NCBI GenBank assembly: GCA_963762145.1
Contig: CAVXJS010000014.1
Coordinates: forward strand, 32,001 to 96,000
Origin: an uncultured Candidatus Rokubacteria bacterium
GTDB lineage: Bacteria; Methylomirabilota; Methylomirabilia; Rokubacteriales; CSP1-6
Direction of reading: 5' to 3'
DNA length: 64,000 bases
Made by a program: the position numbers and the translations under genes. Below the pieces are notes generated by a model that had not been told where the DNA came from, searched no databases, and saw only the letters and a list, made by a program, of their open reading frames with translations. Of this stretch, positions 9,389 to 18,696 are shown piece by piece (position 1 is the first letter of the stretch; each line of letters opens with the position of its first letter).

Positions 9389-9560
9389 GCTCGCCCTCCT
9401 CGGCCGACCTGGGGCTGGACCCCGCGCGGGCCGTGGTGAAATCCATTTCGGCTTTCGACGCGGCGGGAGTAGCAAGTATTCGACAGCCACCGCCCTCCAG
9501 CTCACCGCAGCGGCGGTGCACCTGCATGAAGGCGTCGAGGGCGGCGAGTAGCTCGGGCAT
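9360..9560 (-). pseudogene. Short ORF (..HRRCGELEGG..) directly following an SBP tail, probably truncated
   Basis: ATG 8 nt after the tail stop; MPELLAALDAFMQVHRRCGELEGG then low-information sequence. Confidence 0.35.
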
Positions 9561-9567
9561 CGTGGAG

Positions 9568-9750
9568 CTACTCGATTACCTGTTCCGCCCGCTGCAGGAG
9601 CGACGGTGGGACCGTCAGGCCGAGGGCTTCAGGTTGATGACCAGTTCGAATGTCGTGGGCTGCTGGACTGGAGATCGCCGGGTTTGGGTGGGCTCCGGCG
9701 CGCGACGGCAACGAAGTTCGGCCCGTACGCGATGAGGCCTCTCGCGGGCC
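9568..9750 (-). pseudogene. ABC_sub_bind 3' fragment ('tail' remnant)
   Basis: GLIAYGPNF...[39 protein letters not shown], with small deletions. Confidence 0.85.
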
Positions 9751-9780
9751 GACCGATGAGGACCCAGGATACGTCCGGGG

Positions 9781-10581
9781 TCATCCTATCGCCGTCACGA
9801 TATGGCTCACCGCGGGCGTCGCCCAACCTTCGTCGTCGACGTACTGTTTGGTTGCCTCAGTCACCTCGGCGATGATGGCGTCGAGACCGCCTTCTCCCTG
9901 CCCGGTCAACGCGCCCATCATGGTTGGTGCGCCACCCACCACGGCCCTGACCAAGTGCTCGGCGGATCGGAATCGAAGCATCTTGGCCTCGGCCCAGAGC
10001 TTGACCTCTCGGAACCCGGCGCCTACGAGGAGGGCTCGGATCGCGCCTGCCTCTCCAAAACTGAACGGCGGGAGCGCTGCCTTTTCGGGACCGATCCGGC
10101 GGGCGAGGGCCTGCTCGAGCACGTGATAGCCCGGAGTGTGTTCGACCGAGCGCCAGCAGGACAACGCAAGGCGGCCGCCGCGCTTGAGCACCCGGTGCAT
10201 CTCTGAGAGCGCCGCTGCTTTGTCAGGAAAGAATTGGAGCCCCTGCTGGCAGACCACAGCGTCGAGGGTCGCATCCGGTAGGGGAATCTTGACCACGCTG
10301 CCTTCCACCCATTCGATGCTCTGACTTGGAGCAGCGAGTCGGGCGACCGCGAGCATACCAGGGTTGAGATCCAGGCCCGTGACCTTGCCCGTTGGTCCCA
10401 CGCGTTCCGCCAAAAGCCTTGTCACGGCGCCTGTACCACACGCGACGTCGAGCGCCAGTTCCCCGGTCCGCACACCGGCCGCCTGTACCAGGTCCGGGGC
10501 CCAGCGCGCGAAAATCGCGGGGACCATGTGCCGCTCATAGATTTCCGCCGGGGTTCCCGAGATCTGCAGCGTCGCCGGCAT
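9781..10581 (-). CDS. Class I SAM-dependent methyltransferase (UbiE-like)
   Basis: ALDVACGTG, GLDLNPGML, DAVVCQQGLQFFPD, LKRGGRL; AGGAGG RBS. Confidence 0.9.
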   Translation of the reverse strand: MPATLQISGTPAEIYERHMVPAIFARWAPDLVQAAGVRTGELALDVACGTGAVTRLLAERVGPTGKVTGLDLNPGMLAVARLAAPSQSIEWVEGSVVKIPLPDATLDAVVCQQGLQFFPDKAAALSEMHRVLKRGGRLALSCWRSVEHTPGYHVLEQALARRIGPEKAALPPFSFGEAGAIRALLVGAGFREVKLWAEAKMLRFRSAEHLVRAVVGGAPTMMGALTGQGEGGLDAIIAEVTEATKQYVDDEGWATPAVSHIVTAIG

Positions 10582-10659
10582 GGGAGTCCTCCTATAAGCT
10601 ACGTGGATTGTCTAACCATACTGTCGTTGGACGGCGTGAGCCCGAGCGCAAAGTGCGAG

Positions 10660-10764
10660 TCACGTCGCTGCCGAGCGGTCTTGGCCGCCTCTTGCGTCTC
10701 GGCGGAGCGGCACGGCGAGGAGGCCGCCCGCCAACGCGCCGAGGAAGGTCCGGCGACCGATCAC
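10660..10764 (-). pseudogene. ABC_sub_bind 5' ('head') remnant, 34-codon mini-ORF
   Basis: GTG overlapping the upstream TGA; MIGRRTFLGALAGGLLAVPLRRDARGGQDRSAAT*. Confidence 0.75.
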
Positions 10765-11747
10765 TCGATCACCCGATCCGCCCTCAACAGGACGGATGGC
10801 GGAATGGTCAGGCCGAGGGTCTTGGCCGTCTTGAGGTTGATCACCAGCTCGAACTTCGTGGACTGCTCGACGGGAAGCTCCGCCGGCCTGGTCCCCTTCA
10901 GGATCTTGTCCACCATCCGCGCCGCCTGCTTGCCGAGCTCGTACGTATTGGCGGCATAGGAGGCCAGCCCACCCCGCTCTACGAAGAACCCACTCGTGAA
11001 CATCGTCGGCATCACTCCTCGCGACGCGACCTCGAGGATGAACCCGGGAATGTTCGAGCTGAGGAACCGGAGGGAAAAGATCCCGTCCGCGTCACCCTTC
11101 CGGAGTCCGGTGATCGTTGCCCGCGCCTCCTCTTCGGTCCTGACCGGCCTCTCCACCAGCGTGAGACCGAGCCGCAGGGCGGCGTCGCGGTGGACGGCCA
11201 GTTGCGCCACGGCGGCCGAATTCGTAGCGTCGTAGGGCACCAGCACACGCTTCAACCCGGGAATCAGTTCCCGGAAGATCTCCATTCTCTTGGGCACGAG
11301 CTGGACGTCCAGATCGGCGACCCCGGTGATGTTGCCGCCCGGGCGGGCGAGACTCCGCACCAGCCCCAATCCGACCGGATCGCCCGAACCGATGACGACG
11401 ATGGGAATTTGATTCGTGGCGACCTGGGCCGCCTTCGCCGCCGGCCCGCTTTCCGTCGTCACGATGAGGTCCACCCGGTGCCGAACGAGGTCGCGAGCGG
11501 CCGCGGGCAGCTCGGCGACCTTGCCTTCGGTGAAGCGCACCCCGATCGTGAAATCCTTGTCCTCGCGGTACCCGAGCTCCTGAAGGCCGTCGCGCAGCCC
11601 GACAATGGACGGCGTCGGCCCCCAGGATTCCGTGAGCGCCCCGATCTTGAACAGGCGAGCCGGCTGAGCGAAGGCGTCGCGGCCGAGCAACCCTGCCCCC
11701 GAGACCAGGAACCCGACCACGAGCTGGCGACGACGCAGGTCCGTCAT
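10761..11747 (-). CDS. ABC_sub_bind (COG2984-type) substrate-binding protein, copy F
   Basis: [48 protein letters not shown]; ATG at 11747. Confidence 0.9.
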   Translation of the reverse strand: MTDLRRRQLVVGFLVSGAGLLGRDAFAQPARLFKIGALTESWGPTPSIVGLRDGLQELGYREDKDFTIGVRFTEGKVAELPAAARDLVRHRVDLIVTTESGPAAKAAQVATNQIPIVVIGSGDPVGLGLVRSLARPGGNITGVADLDVQLVPKRMEIFRELIPGLKRVLVPYDATNSAAVAQLAVHRDAALRLGLTLVERPVRTEEEARATITGLRKGDADGIFSLRFLSSNIPGFILEVASRGVMPTMFTSGFFVERGGLASYAANTYELGKQAARMVDKILKGTRPAELPVEQSTKFELVINLKTAKTLGLTIPPSVLLRADRVIE

Positions 11748-11751
11748 GCGC

Positions 11752-12351
11752 TCAGGGGGCTGGCTCGGCCAGCAGGGCCTCGATGAGCGCACGTGCCGGA
11801 GGACTCCCCCATTGACGTGGTCCCACGCCGAAAGCGACGGCGCGCCCATCCCGACCGAGGACGAAGCTCGTCGGAAGTCCGATCACGCCATACAGACGAT
11901 TGTTCTTGCCCGCCTGATCGAGCACGAGCGGAAAGGTCAAGCGCAGCTCCGTGGCGTAGGTCGCGACTGCTTGCTTGTCCTCCCGGGCGTTGATCCCGAT
12001 GACGGCGAGTCCTCGCCACGCGAACTCTCGGTGGAGTCCCTCCAGTATGGGCATCTCCGGGCGACACTCGAGACACCAGCTCGCCCAGAAATTGACGATG
12101 ACCACCTTTCCACGCAGGTCGGTCAGCGAGAGCACTCGGGCGTCGAGTGTGTGGCCACTGAAGTGTGGAGGTTTCGTACCGGAGCGGTAGCCGACGAGAT
12201 CGAGACGCGTGAGCAGGGCCGTCACCGCCGGCTGCTCGGCACTCGCGGAACTCCACACGGCAACCACGAGCAGGGCGCTGGCGAGCAGTCGGCCCCGGCC
12301 GGCGAGCCGGCAGTTCAGCCCACCTCCCGGCTCGGCCGGCCCGGACGCCAT
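11752..12351 (-). CDS. TlpA/ResA-family thiol-disulfide oxidoreductase
   Basis: GKVVIVNFWASWCLECRPEMP, YGVIGLPTSF; signal/anchor region. Confidence 0.88.
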   Translation of the reverse strand: MASGPAEPGGGLNCRLAGRGRLLASALLVVAVWSSASAEQPAVTALLTRLDLVGYRSGTKPPHFSGHTLDARVLSLTDLRGKVVIVNFWASWCLECRPEMPILEGLHREFAWRGLAVIGINAREDKQAVATYATELRLTFPLVLDQAGKNNRLYGVIGLPTSFVLGRDGRAVAFGVGPRQWGSPPARALIEALLAEPAP

Positions 12352-12353
12352 CG

Positions 12354-12917
12354 TCAGCGTTTTCCGATGATCTCCCGGATATCCCGCAACAGGGTGTCGC
12401 TGTACACCACGGTGGTCGTCGGGTTGTCGATGATCCACTTCTTGCGCAGGATGCCCTGAGGATCGATGAGGAACAAGGCCCGGTTCGCGGTCATGGTCTT
12501 TTCATTGAGCACGCCGTAGCTGCGCATGACCTTCCGCTCGGGAAAGTCGCTGAGCAGCGGGAACGGCAGCTTCAGGGATTCGGCAAAGGTCTGCTGCGAG
12601 AAAGAAATGTTGGCACTGGCCCCGAGGTTCTGAATCCCCAGGTCTTCGAAACGCTTGTAGTCGGCCTTCCTGGCTGACAGGTTCGCCGCTCAGGTTGGCG
12701 AGAAGTCGGCGCCATAGAACTCGAGGAGGACCCACTTCTTGCCCCGAAAATCCGTGAGGGAGACATCGGCTCCCATGGTACCGGGCAACGTGAAGTCGGG
12801 TGCGGGCTGGCCCACCTCCACGGCCACGGCCGGCCCGGGACCGATGACGATCGACGCAATCGCGAGGGTCGCACCCACCAGGATCCAGCCAAACGTGCCC
12901 CGGCCCAGGACCATCAT
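12354..12917 (-). CDS. Exported AhpC/TSA (peroxiredoxin-like) protein, probable selenoprotein (UGA at 12690-12692 read as Sec)
   Basis: GAAGGAG RBS; signal peptide; VGQPAPDFTL...VLLEFYGADFSPT-UGA-AANLSARK...FPLLSDF...NRALFLIDPQG; frame stays open 111 codons past the UGA. Confidence 0.85.
12660..12678 (-). promoter_or_regulatory. Candidate bacterial SECIS hairpin
   Basis: 11 nt after the UGA: GUCAGCC-AGGAA-GGCCGAC stem-loop (one mismatch) with G in the apical loop. Confidence 0.55.
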
Positions 12918-13299
12918 GTGCGTCTCCTTCAGAAGGATTTGGACGTTCACGGCGCGTTGTTGTCGAATGCTGCCGGAGGGAAGTGATTCTCGTCAGCCGG
13001 TCGCCCGTCGATCACACCGGCTCCGGATCGGACCGCGTTGCTACCGGATTGCGCTGGCCGGCACCACGCTTGACTTGCCGGAATCCTACCACAGCTTGAT
13101 AGAGGACTGCTTGCGCCGAAGTGTGCCCGGGCGGTGCCATGGTCGAGGGGAGCAAGCGCGCGTCGTGCGTCCGCTGGGACACGTCGAACGTGCCGGCATG
13201 AACCAAGAGTTTCTTCGTGACGCGCCGGCACACGGGGCGCTCGCTGACTACGGGCCTGGGCGGCGCGTGCTAAGTCGTTGCAAGCGGGTGAGAAACCCA

Positions 13300-13348
13300 T
13301 GGTGGGCTGGGACGGGATTGGACCGCCGACACCAGGATTCTCAGACCT
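13300..13348 (-). pseudogene. Degenerate 3' half of a tRNA (Phe-like), relic att site
   Basis: Minus strand aggtctgagaatcctggtgtcggcggtccaatcccgtcccagcccacca: anticodon-arm remnant, T-arm and CCA; no D-arm or 5' half. Confidence 0.75.
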
Positions 13349-13430
13349 AGGCCTCAGTTCGTGTAAGTATGCGTAACTGCTTACGACAGTTGCCCGAGTT
13401 AGGCACAACTTGGGCACAAACTCTGGGCCA

Positions 13431-14408
13431 CTACTCGATCACCTGATCCGCCCGCTGCAGGAGCGACGGCGGGATCGTCAGCCCGAGCGCCCTGGCAGTC
13501 TTGAGATTGATCACAAACTCGAACTTGGTTGGCTGCTCTACGGGAAGGTCGGTCGGCTTCGCTCCCTTGAGGATCTTGTCGACGAAATCGGCGGTGCGCC
13601 GGTACAGATCCAGGAAGCTCGGTCCATAGGACAGCAGCCCTCCCGCTTCGACGAACTCCCGAACGTTATACATCGTCGGCAGCCGCACACCCAACGCCAA
13701 GGTGTTCATGCTGATCCGGTGAGTGGTTACGAGTGGGTCGTTGCAGACATAAAGTGCCTCCGCGCGGCCCTTGAGCGCCTCGAAGGCGGGCGCGATATCC
13801 TCCGGGCGCCGGATTTCTGATGCGACAACTTCGAGGCCAAGCGTGCGGGCCGTTGCCTGAACCTCGCGCATCTCCACCACGGCGGCGGGAGTGTCGCTAT
13901 TGGCCATGATCGCCAAACGGCGCAGACCGGGGACGACCTCGCGCACCAGTCCGAGTCGCTTGGCAGCTAGGTCGGTCGCCTGGAGCGACAGGCCGGTGAC
14001 GTTGCCGCCCGGTCGCGCCAGACTCGCGACCAGGCCGGTGCCGACCGGGTCCCCCACCGCCGCGAACACGATCGGGATGACCGATGTCGCTTGCTTTGCC
14101 GCGACGACTTGTCGGGTTCCCCCCGTGACAATGACATCCACCTTCAGGCGGACGAGCTCGGCCGCGATCTCGGCCAGGCGCTCGACGCGTCCTTCCCCCC
14201 AGCGATACTCGATCGCAACATTGCGACCCTCGATCCAGCTGAGTTCGCGCAGTCGCTCCAAAAAGGCGCCGACCCGGGGGCTCTCGAGCGAAGGCGTGGT
14301 AGGACCCAAGAACCCGATGGTTGGTCGCTTCGCCTGCTGGGCGCGCGCAACGAGCGGCGCGGCGAGGAGGCCACCAGTTAAGGTGCTAAGGAAGCTGCGC
14401 CGGTCCAC
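13431..14408 (-). CDS. ABC_sub_bind substrate-binding protein, copy E
   Basis: GTG overlapping the upstream TAG; [15 protein letters not shown]; DPVGTGLVASLARPGGNVTG; ends [14 protein letters not shown]. Confidence 0.92.
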   Translation of the reverse strand: MDRRSFLSTLTGGLLAAPLVARAQQAKRPTIGFLGPTTPSLESPRVGAFLERLRELSWIEGRNVAIEYRWGEGRVERLAEIAAELVRLKVDVIVTGGTRQVVAAKQATSVIPIVFAAVGDPVGTGLVASLARPGGNVTGLSLQATDLAAKRLGLVREVVPGLRRLAIMANSDTPAAVVEMREVQATARTLGLEVVASEIRRPEDIAPAFEALKGRAEALYVCNDPLVTTHRISMNTLALGVRLPTMYNVREFVEAGGLLSYGPSFLDLYRRTADFVDKILKGAKPTDLPVEQPTKFEFVINLKTARALGLTIPPSLLQRADQVIE

Positions 14409-15403
14409 TACTCGATCACCTGATCCGCCCGCTGCAGGAGCGGCGGCGGGATCGTCAGGCCGAGAGCCTTGGCGGTCTTGAGGTTGATGACCAACTGGAC
14501 GTTTGTCGGACGGTGGATCGGGAGCTCGGAGGGCTTGGCGCCCTTGAAGATGCGATCGACATAGCCGGCCGCGTGCCGGTGGAGATCGGGTTCGTTGGAG
14601 TCGTACGCCATTAGCCCATTGGCGTCGGTCACCATCAGGGCCCACGGGTAGATCGCCGGAAGCTTGTGGCGGGCGGCCAGCTCGGTCAGTCGCGCGCGGT
14701 TAACCACGAAGATGCTCTCGCCGGTGACGACGAGACCATTCGCGCCCTCCTTGAGGCCAGCCTCGAGGGCGGCGGGAAGATCGTCGCCGGCGCGGATATC
14801 GCGGATCAGCAACGCCACCCCCAGCGACGGCGCCGCCGCCTCCAGGACTTTAACCTGGAGTGGAGCGATCGGATCGGCAAGGTTCGAAAGCACGAGAACG
14901 CGCGAGAGTTTCGGCACCGTCTCCTTCAGCAGCTCCAGGCGCTTGCCGGCGAGGTCCGAGGTCATCATGGTCGCGCCGGTGATGTTGCCCGCGGGGCGGG
15001 CGAGGCTTGAGATGAGCCCCGTGCCCACGGGGTCTCCCAGGGACAGCATGACGATAGGCACCGTCTGCGTCGCCTTCTTCGCGGCAAATCCTCCGGGTGT
15101 AGTGGTCACCGCGATCACATCCGCCTTGCGGCGCAGGCACTCCTGAGCCAGTTCCGCAAAACGTTCGTGCTGGCCGCCGGCGGACAGGTAGTCGATGGTT
15201 ACGGTCCGGCCGTTCACGTAGCCCAGCTCGGATAGGCGTTGGAAGAAGGCTTCCCATCTCGGCGAGCGCGTCTCGAACGTCCCCGGATCGAAGATGAGAA
15301 AGCAGAGTCGGGGGAGCTTCTTGGCTGGCTGCGCCTCCGCGTCGAGCGGCGCGGCGAGGAGGCCGCCAGCGAGGGTGCCGATGAACGCCCGCCGGTTCAT
15401 CAC
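14408..15403 (-). CDS. ABC_sub_bind substrate-binding protein, copy D
   Basis: [19 protein letters not shown]; [20 protein letters not shown]; ends [14 protein letters not shown]. Confidence 0.92.
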   Translation of the reverse strand: MMNRRAFIGTLAGGLLAAPLDAEAQPAKKLPRLCFLIFDPGTFETRSPRWEAFFQRLSELGYVNGRTVTIDYLSAGGQHERFAELAQECLRRKADVIAVTTTPGGFAAKKATQTVPIVMLSLGDPVGTGLISSLARPAGNITGATMMTSDLAGKRLELLKETVPKLSRVLVLSNLADPIAPLQVKVLEAAAPSLGVALLIRDIRAGDDLPAALEAGLKEGANGLVVTGESIFVVNRARLTELAARHKLPAIYPWALMVTDANGLMAYDSNEPDLHRHAAGYVDRIFKGAKPSELPIHRPTNVQLVINLKTAKALGLTIPPPLLQRADQVIE

Positions 15404-15725
15404 TCGATCACCTGGTCCGCCCGCTGCAGGAGCGACGGCGGGATCGTCAGGCCGAGGGCCTTCGCAGTCTTGAGGTTGATGACCAGCTCGAACTTGGTCG
15501 GTTGCTCGACCGAAAGGTCACCGGGCTTCGGGCCCTTCAAGATCTTGTCCACGTAAGCGGCGGCACGTCTCCACAGATCTGGGAGGTTTGGACCGTACGA
15601 CATGAGGCCTCCAGCCTCGACGTAGACCCGAGCCGGATATATGCGGGCAGCCGGCTCCCGGCCACCGCGTCGACGAGGCGCGCACGGTGCGTCACGAAGA
15701 GTGGGTTATCGGCGGGTAGCACACC
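15400..15725 (-). pseudogene. ABC_sub_bind 3' fragment (5'-truncated, frameshifted)
   Basis: [27 protein letters not shown] / [27 protein letters not shown]...ADQVIE*. Confidence 0.87.
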
Positions 15726-15766
15726 CTCGATACGTTCGCTTGCCTGAAAGTGTTCATGCCAGAGTG

Positions 15767-16279
15767 CTACCGCTCAGCGCGTGCCCTCAAGAGCTCCGTC
15801 AGGGTGAAGACAAAGTCCCTCTGGGCCTCCGGCTTGTGGCATTCGAAGCAGCCCTTGATGTTCGCCTTCGGGTCGCGGCTGCCGTCACCGAGGAAGCGCG
15901 CATATTCCCACTCGCCATTCCGAAGCTCTTCGGGATACTCAGCCCCCCAACCCGGCCGCTTCTCCATCACTACAACTCGGTCGAGCCGCCCGCGCACAAG
16001 GCGTCCGTTCGGGTCCTTCACCAGCTCGCCCTTCTCATCCACGAGGGCCTTGAACGTTGGCAGACTGAGGATGGTGCCATAGGGTAGCGGCTGACCAGGC
16101 TGCAACACCTTGAAGGCTTCAGGATTGATGTAGGCCTCTCGTAGCTCCTTGAGATCGGGCTGGTCGAGCACCGTGTACAGCACATGGTTCTGATAGAGCG
16201 GAAAGGCGACTTTCTCTTGGCCGGCCAGGGCAGGTGTGGTCAGGATCAAGAATAGCGTGACGAGGGCTCGAAGGACCAT
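15767..16279 (-). CDS. Cytochrome P460 / c'-beta family protein
   Basis: AGGAGA RBS, signal peptide, PLPYGTIL, VMEK..GWG, GEWEYARF, C-terminal CFECHK heme site then DFVF. Confidence 0.85.
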   Translation of the reverse strand: MVLRALVTLFLILTTPALAGQEKVAFPLYQNHVLYTVLDQPDLKELREAYINPEAFKVLQPGQPLPYGTILSLPTFKALVDEKGELVKDPNGRLVRGRLDRVVVMEKRPGWGAEYPEELRNGEWEYARFLGDGSRDPKANIKGCFECHKPEAQRDFVFTLTELLRARAER

Positions 16280-16395
16280 GGTATCTCCTTGGAGCGGTCA
16301 GGATGGGGCGGGCGTCACTATCTCAAAGGGCAAGCTCGCGGGCAAGGCAGAAGGAGCCAACGCGCCAACGGGGCTTTCCCGTGCTCGTCAACGGA

Positions 16396-16590
16396 TCATG
16401 GGTCGCCGCCACCAGTGCAGCCACCAGCCACAAAGCCACGTCCCGCCCGGTGGCACTCCCGCGCCCGCTCCGCGTCTCTCTCCTCCCATGCCTGGCGGAT
16501 GGCCTCCCTGCTGGGCCTGTCACATCGAGCAGCCTGGGAGCGCGCCGACCAAGAGGATTCCACCCAGAGTGTCTGGAAGGATCTCCCTCA
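16396..16590 (-). pseudogene. Possible small lipoprotein remnant
   Basis: GGILLVGALPGCSM* then, in another frame, EAIRQAWEERDAERARECHRAGRGFVAGGCTGGGDP*. Confidence 0.35.
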
Positions 16591-16627
16591 ACGCTCAAGC
16601 TCCCAGTGGGCGCAATCGAGTGTGGCC

Positions 16628-16732
16628 CTACTCGATCACCGAGCGATCCTGGCCCGCCTGCTGCGCCTCGGCGGCGAGCGGCGCGGCGAGGAGGCCCCCA
16701 GCCAAGGCACCGATGAACGCCCGCCGATCCAT
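16628..16732 (-). pseudogene. Head-tail mini-gene of ABC_sub_bind (entire middle deleted)
   Basis: [34 protein letters not shown]: signal peptide joined to the terminal VIE-TAG. Confidence 0.85.
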
Positions 16733-17703
16733 CACTCGATCACCTGATCCGCCCGCTGCAGGAGCGACGGCGGGATTGTCAGGCCGAGGGCCTTGGCCGT
16801 CTTGAGGTTGATGACTAGTTCGAACTTCGTCGGCTGCTCGATGGGAAGGTCGGCGGGCTTGGCGCCCTTGAGAATCTTGTCCACGTAGGTCGCGGCGCGC
16901 CGGAACATCTCTGGATAGCTGGCCCCATAAACCAAGAGGCCGCCGGCATCAGCAAACCCCCTGAGCGTAAACACGGCCGGCAGGCGGCTCTTTGATGCGA
17001 ACTCCACGATTCGTATCCTGTGGGAATAGAAGAAGATGTCCCCTTGGACGATGAGGGCGTCGGGGCGCTTCTTCTCCACCGCGGCGAATGCGGTGTCGAA
17101 CTCGGTTGGACTTTTCACTCCCACGAGGTCCAGGCGCACGCCCAAACGCGTCGCCGCAGCCTTCGCCTCTCTGACGAGACCGTCATGCAGCGGATTGGCC
17201 GGATTCCACAGTACGGCCACCTGCGAAAGCTGCTTGGGAACGAGTTCCCTCAGCAGCTCGAGCCGCTTTGCCTCAAGGCCGGGATTGTGAGCGGACAACC
17301 CGGTGATGTTCCCGCCGGGCCGCGCCAGGCTCGCGACGAGCTTGGTTCCAACGGGATCTCCGCTCAGCATGACGATGGGGACTGTCTTGGTCACGTTTTT
17401 CGCGGCCAAGGTTGAAGGCGTACCCCAAGTAACAATAACGTCAGTGCCGACTCTGGCGAGGTCGGCTGCGAGCCGAGGAAGCCCCTCGTCGCTCCCTTCT
17501 CCCCATCTGTACTCGAGCAGGATCGTCTGTCCTTCGACATAACCGAGATCGCGTAATCCTTGCCGGAAGTCCTCCCAGAGTGGTGAATTCTGCGCAACGA
17601 TGCCGACTCGGGGGATCCTCTTTATCGGCTGTGCGTCGGCTGCTCGCGGCCCGGCCAGCGCCCCGGCCAGCGAGGTCAGCAGGAAGCGGCGGCGGCTTAT
17701 CAT
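16732..17703 (-). CDS. ABC_sub_bind substrate-binding protein, copy C
   Basis: MISRRRFLL; DPVGTKLVASLARPGGNITG; ends [14 protein letters not shown]. Confidence 0.92.
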   Translation of the reverse strand: MISRRRFLLTSLAGALAGPRAADAQPIKRIPRVGIVAQNSPLWEDFRQGLRDLGYVEGQTILLEYRWGEGSDEGLPRLAADLARVGTDVIVTWGTPSTLAAKNVTKTVPIVMLSGDPVGTKLVASLARPGGNITGLSAHNPGLEAKRLELLRELVPKQLSQVAVLWNPANPLHDGLVREAKAAATRLGVRLDLVGVKSPTEFDTAFAAVEKKRPDALIVQGDIFFYSHRIRIVEFASKSRLPAVFTLRGFADAGGLLVYGASYPEMFRRAATYVDKILKGAKPADLPIEQPTKFELVINLKTAKALGLTIPPSLLQRADQVIE

Positions 17704-18696
17704 TCGATCACCTGATCCGCCCGCTGCAGGAGCGACGGCGGGATCGTGAGGCCGAGGGCCTTGGCGGTCTTGAGGTTGATCACCAGCTCGAACTTGGTGG
17801 GCTGCTCGATCGGTAGATCGGCGGGTTTGGCGCCCTTGAGGATCTTATCCACGTAGGTGGCGGCGCGGCGGAACAAATCAGGAAGGTCCGGCCCATAGGA
17901 CATGAGGCCTCCGTCCTCGGCCCAACCTCGGAACGAGTACACCGTAGGCAGCCGGTTCTTGGTCGCCAGGTCCACGAGGCGTCGTCGGTGAATGTCGAAC
18001 ATCGGCGTCACGGCGATGTACACGGCGCCAGCCTGAACTCTCGCCATGTCCGCGAAGGCCCGATCGAAGTCCTCCGGACTGCGCGCCTCCACGAAATGCA
18101 GCCGTACCCCGAGCGCCCGCGCCGTGACCTCTGCTGCTTTGACTCTGTCCTTCCTGGCGCCCTCCGGCATGGCATCTGGCTTCAACAGAAAGGCAACCGT
18201 ACTCAGCCCAGGAACCGCCTGCTTCAAGAGTTCTAGCGACTTGCCGACGAGCTCCCAGGTGACGATGGACAAGCCCGTGACGTTGCCACCCGGTCGCGCA
18301 AGACTGGAGACAAGTCTCTCTTGCACGGGATCGCCCGAAGCGGTGAACACGATCGGCAGAGTCGTCGTGGCCTGCTTCGCGGCCAGGGCGGCGAGGGTGC
18401 CGCCGGCGGCGACGATCACATCGAGCTTGAGCGCAACCAGCTCGGTCGCAAGAGCGGGGAACCGGTCGGTTTTTCCCCCCGGCATCCCGGTATTCGATCA
18501 GGAGGTTGCGGCCTTCGATGTAGCCTAGCTTGCGCAATCCTTCGATGAAGGCATTGCGGTTGCGGGGATCGGCGGCCGCCAGGTTGAGCGACAGGTAACC
18601 GATGCGAGCGTTCCTGTCCGCGTGCTGCGCCTCGACAGCGAGCGGCGCGGCGAGGAGGCCACACGCGGCAGCCGCGATGAAGGCTCGGCGGTCCAC
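17700..18696 (-). CDS. ABC_sub_bind substrate-binding protein, copy B (one extra base in a G6A5 run near 18475; pseudogene or sequencing error)
   Basis: N-part MDRRAFI...EYRDAGGK and C-part GGKTDRFPALATELV...ADQVIE join if one A is removed. Confidence 0.85.

Noticed and set aside
13300-13348. A functional fourth tRNA gene
   Set aside because: The 5' half and D-arm are absent and the T-loop is mutated (gtccaat); the same applies to the tRNA-Lys fragment at 24059, which has only the 3' half.
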